NCBI GenBank assembly: GCA_965215505.1
Contig: OZ244065.1
Location: 3,744,001-3,808,000, forward strand
Direction of reading: 5' to 3'
From: Capsulimonadaceae bacterium
Lineage (GTDB): Bacteria; Armatimonadota; Armatimonadia; Armatimonadales; Capsulimonadaceae
Length of the DNA: 64,000 bases
A model generated the notes under the pieces. The model saw only the letters and a list, made by a program, of their open reading frames with translations. It ran no database searches and was not told the origin of the DNA. The translations under genes were made by a program, and so were the position numbers. Shown one piece after another: positions 59,260 through 64,000 of this stretch. Positions within the stretch are counted from its first letter, which is position 1. The number at the start of each line of letters is the position of its first letter.

Positions 59260-61287
59260 TCAGAGGCGGCGGAGCAGGAGGGCGCAGACGTCGTCGCGGA
59301 AGACGCCCTGCGCGTGGGCGTCCGCCTCGGCGACGATCCGGGCCGCCGCTTCCTGGGCGTCCGGCTCGCCCGCGTGGGCGCGCAGGAAGCGGAGGAGGCC
59401 CTCCGTCCCCAGCAGGTCCAGCCGGGTCGGTCCGGCCTCGGAAAGCCCGTCGGTGTGCAGCAGCAGCGTGTCGCCCGGCGCGAGCGTGACGCGGCCCTCG
59501 GTGTAGGCGGCGTTCTCCCAGACCCCGAGCGGCGGCCCGGTCGGCTCCAGCCGGTCGGCCTGCCCGCCTTCGGCCCGGTGCAGCAGCCCCGGCTCGTGGC
59601 CGCAGGAGGCGTAGACGATCTCGCCGGTCCGGGCGTCATACAGGCCCGCGAAGAGGGTGACGAAGCCTTGGATGAGGTCGTGGGCGGTGACGATGGTGTT
59701 CAGGCCGGTCAGGGCCGGGGCGGGCGCGCGGTACTGGTACAGCACGCCGCGCAGCATGTTGCGGACCGTCGCGAGCTGGGCGGCGGCGGCGAGGCCCTTG
59801 CCGGAAACGTCGCCGATGACGACCGCGTACAGCTCTTTGTCCAGGGCGAACACGTCGTAGAAGTCGCCCCCGACCCGCGCTTCATCCAGGGCGGGCTTGC
59901 TAAAGGCCCCCAGGGCGAGGCCGGGGACCTCGGCGGGGATGGCGGGCTGCAAGGCGGCCTGCAAGGCGTCCGCGATGCGCCGCTCGCGCTGCCGGACGCG
60001 GGCGGCTTCCAGGGCGGCCTGTGCCTGCGAGGCGATGGCCTCCACCAGCATGACCTCGTTCGATGTCCACCGGCGCGGCACGTCCACCATCGCGACGCCC
60101 AGGGCCGTCATGGTGAGGCCGGGGGAGAGCGGTGCGCGGATGAGGGCGCGCAAACGGCCCCGGTCGTCCGGGTTGACCGCCCCGCCGCCGGGCAGGGCGG
60201 CGACGTCCTCGATGACGTGGGTGTGCCCGGCCAGGTACGCCGGGTCCCGGTTGTAGCTGTAGGAGAAGGCGTCGTACTCGCCCATTAGCGAGGGGCGGCC
60301 CTCCCGGTGCCACTCCGGCTGGAGGACGCCGCTGCCGGCCGCCAGGTCGTAGGTAACGAAGTAGCAGTGGTCTACGTCTAAGGCGCGGCCCAAGGCGTCC
60401 ACGGCGATTCTCAGCACCGCCGCCGGCTCCTCGGCGGCGCGGATCGCCTGGCTGATCCGGTTGACCAGCCGCTCGCGCTCGAACGAGGCCGCCAGCTCGC
60501 GCTCGGCCTCCTTGCGGCCCGTGATGTCCATCGTGATGCCGTCGAACCGGACGGGGATGCCCACGTCGTCGTAGTAGCCGCGGCCGACGGCATTGACCCA
60601 GCGCGTCCTCCCGTCGGGTGCCTGGGTGCGGTACTCGATGTTGTACTCGGTACGCTCCTCGATGGCGCGGTTGACCGCCTCCCGCGTCCGCTCCCGGTCG
60701 TCCGGGTGCAGCAGGGAGTAGAAGAGGGTGAAATCCACCTCAGCGTTCGGCGGCAGGAAGAAGTGTTCCTTGCACGTCTGGTTCCACAGGATCTTATCGA
60801 AGGGCCACTCACAGTAGAACGTCCCCAGGCGGGCGGCCCCCAGGGCGAGCTGCAAGTCCTGTTCGCTCCGGCGCAGGGCCTCCTCAGCCCGCCGCCGCTC
60901 GGTGATGTCGGTCATCAGGGAGAAGGTGCCCGCGTAGACCCCGTCCTCCTTGATGATGCTGACCGCGGCGATCACCCAGCACGCGCCGCCGTCCTTGCGC
61001 CGCAGGCGGACTTCATACTGTTCCCGCTCCCCCTGCCGCCGCGCCGCGCGCCGCTCGCGCCCCCGTTCGGCGTCCTCGGGGAACAGCAGGTCGTACACGG
61101 GCCGCCCCTCCAGCTCGCCAAGCCCCCAGCCCACCATCTCCGCCATCCGGGCGTTGGCGTAGGTGATCCGGTCGTCGGCGTCCACGCGCACCAAGCCCTC
61201 CAGGGAGAGGTCCAAGAGGCGCTGGTACAGCATCTCGGCCACGGGGGGCGCAGCCGAGAAGGCGGGTTGTTCTTCGGGAGGGTTCAT
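59260..61287 (-). CDS. PAS-PAS-GAF-SpoIIE (RsbU-like) phosphatase
   Basis: Two PAS/PAC (DITER, DITGR), GAF, VGGDFYD, GDVSGKG, HTDGL, DD. Confidence 0.92.
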   Translation of the reverse strand: MNPPEEQPAFSAAPPVAEMLYQRLLDLSLEGLVRVDADDRITYANARMAEMVGWGLGELEGRPVYDLLFPEDAERGRERRAARRQGEREQYEVRLRRKDGGACWVIAAVSIIKEDGVYAGTFSLMTDITERRRAEEALRRSEQDLQLALGAARLGTFYCEWPFDKILWNQTCKEHFFLPPNAEVDFTLFYSLLHPDDRERTREAVNRAIEERTEYNIEYRTQAPDGRTRWVNAVGRGYYDDVGIPVRFDGITMDITGRKEAERELAASFERERLVNRISQAIRAAEEPAAVLRIAVDALGRALDVDHCYFVTYDLAAGSGVLQPEWHREGRPSLMGEYDAFSYSYNRDPAYLAGHTHVIEDVAALPGGGAVNPDDRGRLRALIRAPLSPGLTMTALGVAMVDVPRRWTSNEVMLVEAIASQAQAALEAARVRQRERRIADALQAALQPAIPAEVPGLALGAFSKPALDEARVGGDFYDVFALDKELYAVVIGDVSGKGLAAAAQLATVRNMLRGVLYQYRAPAPALTGLNTIVTAHDLIQGFVTLFAGLYDARTGEIVYASCGHEPGLLHRAEGGQADRLEPTGPPLGVWENAAYTEGRVTLAPGDTLLLHTDGLSEAGPTRLDLLGTEGLLRFLRAHAGEPDAQEAAARIVAEADAHAQGVFRDDVCALLLRRL

Positions 61288-61462
61288 AACGGCATCAACA
61301 GGGACATATTACCCGATACGACGCTTCTGGTGAGGCCATTGGGACAGAATTCTTGCGCCGTGTCGCCTGGGCGGGACAAAAGCGGGCAGGAGACGGTGCG
61401 GGACGCGGCGAGCTCTGGGTCAAAGGTGTGTCTGCTGCTCCGGGCACAGCTTCAGGACGAGC

Positions 61463-61602
61463 TTCAGGACGAGTGAATGAATTCACTCGCTGCCGCCGGA
61501 CCTGTCCAGGGGACAGGAGAGGGAGAAGGACGGCGTCGTCTTGTTCTCGCGTCCCTTGGACGCCTCCAGTCGCAGCGAGTGAATTCATTCACTCGTCCTG
61601 AA
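61463..61602. repeat. Palindromic MITE/REPIN-like element, copy 4
   Basis: ttcaggacgagtgaatgaattcactcgctg ... cagcgagtgaattcattcactcgtcctgaa. Confidence 0.85.
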
Positions 61603-61607
61603 CCATC

Positions 61608-62730
61608 ATGCCATACATGCTCGGAAACCACCCACATTTCGTGCCCTGGACCGACCCCGTCTCGGGCGTCCGCAGCTTCCTCCTGAACGAACACGTCGCC
61701 CCGGTTCAGATGGTCATATACTTCGTCAACCCCGCCGTCTCCGCCGACGAGAAGTGGCTCTGGTTCGGCTGCGGCTACCCGCCCAGCCCGTACAAGCGGC
61801 TGGGGGTTGTGAGCCTCGACTCGGATAACCCGTTCATCAGGGTCTTCCAAGAGGCGACGTTTCAGTCCGAAACCCCGCTGGTCTCCGCCGCCGGGGACTC
61901 CTGCTACTTCGCCTGTGATACGGGCGTCTATGAGGTGAACACCGCCGGCGAAGTGCGGCCCGTCTTGCAGATACCGCCGGAGATACTCAAAAACAGGCCG
62001 CTGGCCCGCGTCGCCACCCACCTCACGCTCTCCGCCGACGGGAGGTGCATGCTGCTCGATGGCGCGTTCGCATCGGGGCGGTGGTTCGTCGCGCTGGGCG
62101 ACATGGCGACCGGCGAGGTGCGGGTGCTGAAGGAGTGGACCCGGCACATGAACCACGCCCAGTTCTCGCCGACCGACCCGGAACTCTTCTCCATCGCGCA
62201 GGACTGGTGGCACGACCCGGTCAGCGGGCAGGCCTACCCCTTCGACCAAAGGATCTGGCTGATGGACACCCGGAACACGCGCTATGAGCCGCTGCGCCCC
62301 GGCGACTGGTTCGGCCACGGCACGCAGGCCTGTCACGAGTGGTGGGATAAGCAGGGCCGCCTGTGCTGGGTGGATTATCAGGCCGGCGCGATGCGCTGCG
62401 ATGTCGGCACGCGCCGTGGAACACATCTGGGAGCGCGCGCTGTGTCACGCCCACTGCGACGCCTCGGGCGAGCTGTGGTGCGCGGACCAGTCGCCCTATC
62501 TGTGGCAGGAGCGGCCCTGTGAGGTGCTGTTCTTCAACTCGCGCACCGGCAAAGAGGTGGCTGTCGCGTCGGCGATGCCCCAGCCGTCCCTCCCGCGCAG
62601 CCCGCTCCACCTCGACCCGCACCCGCACTTCTCGCCTCAGGGGACCTATATCACCACGATGTTCACCGTGCGCGGTCTGCCGGAAGTCGCGCTCACCGAG
62701 GTTGCCCCGCTCGTGGCGCGGACGCAGTAG
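61608..62730 (+). pseudogene. Oligogalacturonate-lyase/TolB-like beta-propeller with a frameshift near 62410
   Basis: HAQFSPTDP, RIW and HEWW in one frame; DPHPHFSP in the next frame. Confidence 0.7.
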
Positions 62731-62962
62731 CCCAAAGCGTTCCGGCCCGTCCGGGTCCTCGGAGGGGCGGGGAGGCCCCGCCCTCTTCAATCCCTCCGCT
62801 CTTCCACCCTCCGCTGAGGGCGCGGCAGGAGAAGAGGGCGCGATGAATCGCGCCCCTACGCCATCCCCGTTCCGTCCTGACCCTTCCTCAACCGCGCAGC
62901 GGTTTTCACTCAACAGTAGACCGGCCATTCATGGCCGGGACGTTCTTCGGACCGTAAGAGGT

Positions 62963-63838
62963 TTACTGCATCTGCCGGCGGAAAGCGCCGGGGCTGAGGT
63001 GGTAGTGACGCCGGAACACCTTGCAGAGATGGTTGGCGTCCGCGAAGCCGGTCGCGGCGGCGATGACCGCCAGCGTGTGGTCCGTCGCCAGCAGGCGCTG
63101 CGCGACCTGCTCCAAACGGACCTGGGCGACGAACTGGGCCGGGGGCAGGCCGGTCACGGCCCGGAAATGGTGGCTGAAGTGGCTGCGGCTCATCCCCCGC
63201 GACCGTGCCAGATGCGCCACATCGGGGGCATTGTCCAGCGTCCCCATCACCTCCCGGCGCACGTCCTCCAGCAGCCGCTCCCGCGCTGGCAGCGCGTACC
63301 GCCGCCCGTGTTCGTGCCGCTCATACTCCCACAGGAACTCGAACAACGCCTGCTCCTGCGCCCACTCGTCGCGGAATCCCCCCAAACAGGCACCCTCGAA
63401 CAGCCGGACCAATCGCGCTGCCACCAGGCCCTCCGGGTCCATCTCGCTCACCGCACTCCCCGCCGACTTGACCTGCTCCAGGCGCGCGACGACGTGGGGG
63501 TGGTTGAACATGAGCCAGAAGAACGTCCAGCCCGGCGATTCGGGCGGCAGGCGGTAGACGTGCGCCGAAGGCACCTGGGCGGCGAACGTCCCCCCCGGCG
63601 TCAGGCGGTGCGACTCCCCGTTCTCCTCATAGACGCCCCAGCCCGCCAGGGTGTACTGGAAGATGACATAAGGGCGGGAGGCCATGTGTCGCCGCAGGCC
63701 GTCCCAATGGTACGCCGTGCCTGCCGGGCGCTCCTCAAGCCCCGCGCTCAGATATTGGCCGGACGACGACAGCAGCACCCCTGGGCGGTGCGCCGCCGCC
63801 AGGCGTTCCAGGCTCTGCCGCAGCGCAGAATGACTCAC
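62963..63838 (-). CDS. AraC family regulator
   Basis: MSRSHFSHHF, IAAATGFAD..VFRR..SPGAFR. Confidence 0.92.
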   Translation of the reverse strand: MSHSALRQSLERLAAAHRPGVLLSSSGQYLSAGLEERPAGTAYHWDGLRRHMASRPYVIFQYTLAGWGVYEENGESHRLTPGGTFAAQVPSAHVYRLPPESPGWTFFWLMFNHPHVVARLEQVKSAGSAVSEMDPEGLVAARLVRLFEGACLGGFRDEWAQEQALFEFLWEYERHEHGRRYALPARERLLEDVRREVMGTLDNAPDVAHLARSRGMSRSHFSHHFRAVTGLPPAQFVAQVRLEQVAQRLLATDHTLAVIAAATGFADANHLCKVFRRHYHLSPGAFRRQMQ

Positions 63839-63868
63839 ATACAGACCCTCCCAGGATTATATAGCATA

Positions 63869-63897
63869 TTGTCAGAACAAATCGGCCCCTGTATAAT
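63869..63897 (+). promoter_or_regulatory. Sigma70 promoter
   Basis: TTGTCA-17-TATAAT. Confidence 0.65.
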
Positions 63898-63944
63898 AAT
63901 CACAAAGCGACAACAGCTCTTCCACCGACGAAGGAGTCAGCGAA

Positions 63945-64000
63945 TTGAAACCCTCTCGATTGTTCAGGGCGGCCCTCGCCGCCGTCACCGGCCTGGCCGT
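63945..64000 (+). CDS. Start of a secreted protein (runs off the window)
   Basis: AAGGAG RBS, TTG start, signal-peptide-like sequence. Confidence 0.5.
   Translation, partial: MKPSRLFRAALAAVTGLA

Overview
High-GC bacterial chromosomal window. The lineage looks Armatimonadota/Capsulimonas-like, inferred from PVPEA-type PEP-CTERM tails, and this is not certain. It mixes housekeeping and catabolic genes (pyrG, fabG-like, GGT, GH5, GH29 fucosidase, PLD, ComEC-type MBL, ECF sigma, PAS-GAF-SpoIIE) with many accessory insertions. Highlights: (1) a beta-class SPPY DNA methyltransferase split into two ORFs by an antisense Zn-finger/HNH endonuclease; each half gains a new insert-encoded peptide and I see no intron or intein signatures. 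It sits beside a SmaI-like endonuclease disrupted by an IS5-family element. (2) Repeated integrase-free cargo cassettes (panE-like/TetR, a C-R-M system, a VapBC-like pair, a PEP-CTERM slot), each bounded by duplicated ends of the flanking genes. (3) A candidate type I toxin-antitoxin locus. (4) A ClpN-HTH-GspE/PilB fusion and an orphan ParB with a Cys-rich tail. (5) A four-copy palindromic MITE/REPIN-like family plus GTAG REPs. I recognised no rRNA, tRNA or CRISPR array. All family assignments come from motif recognition by eye; no database searches were run.
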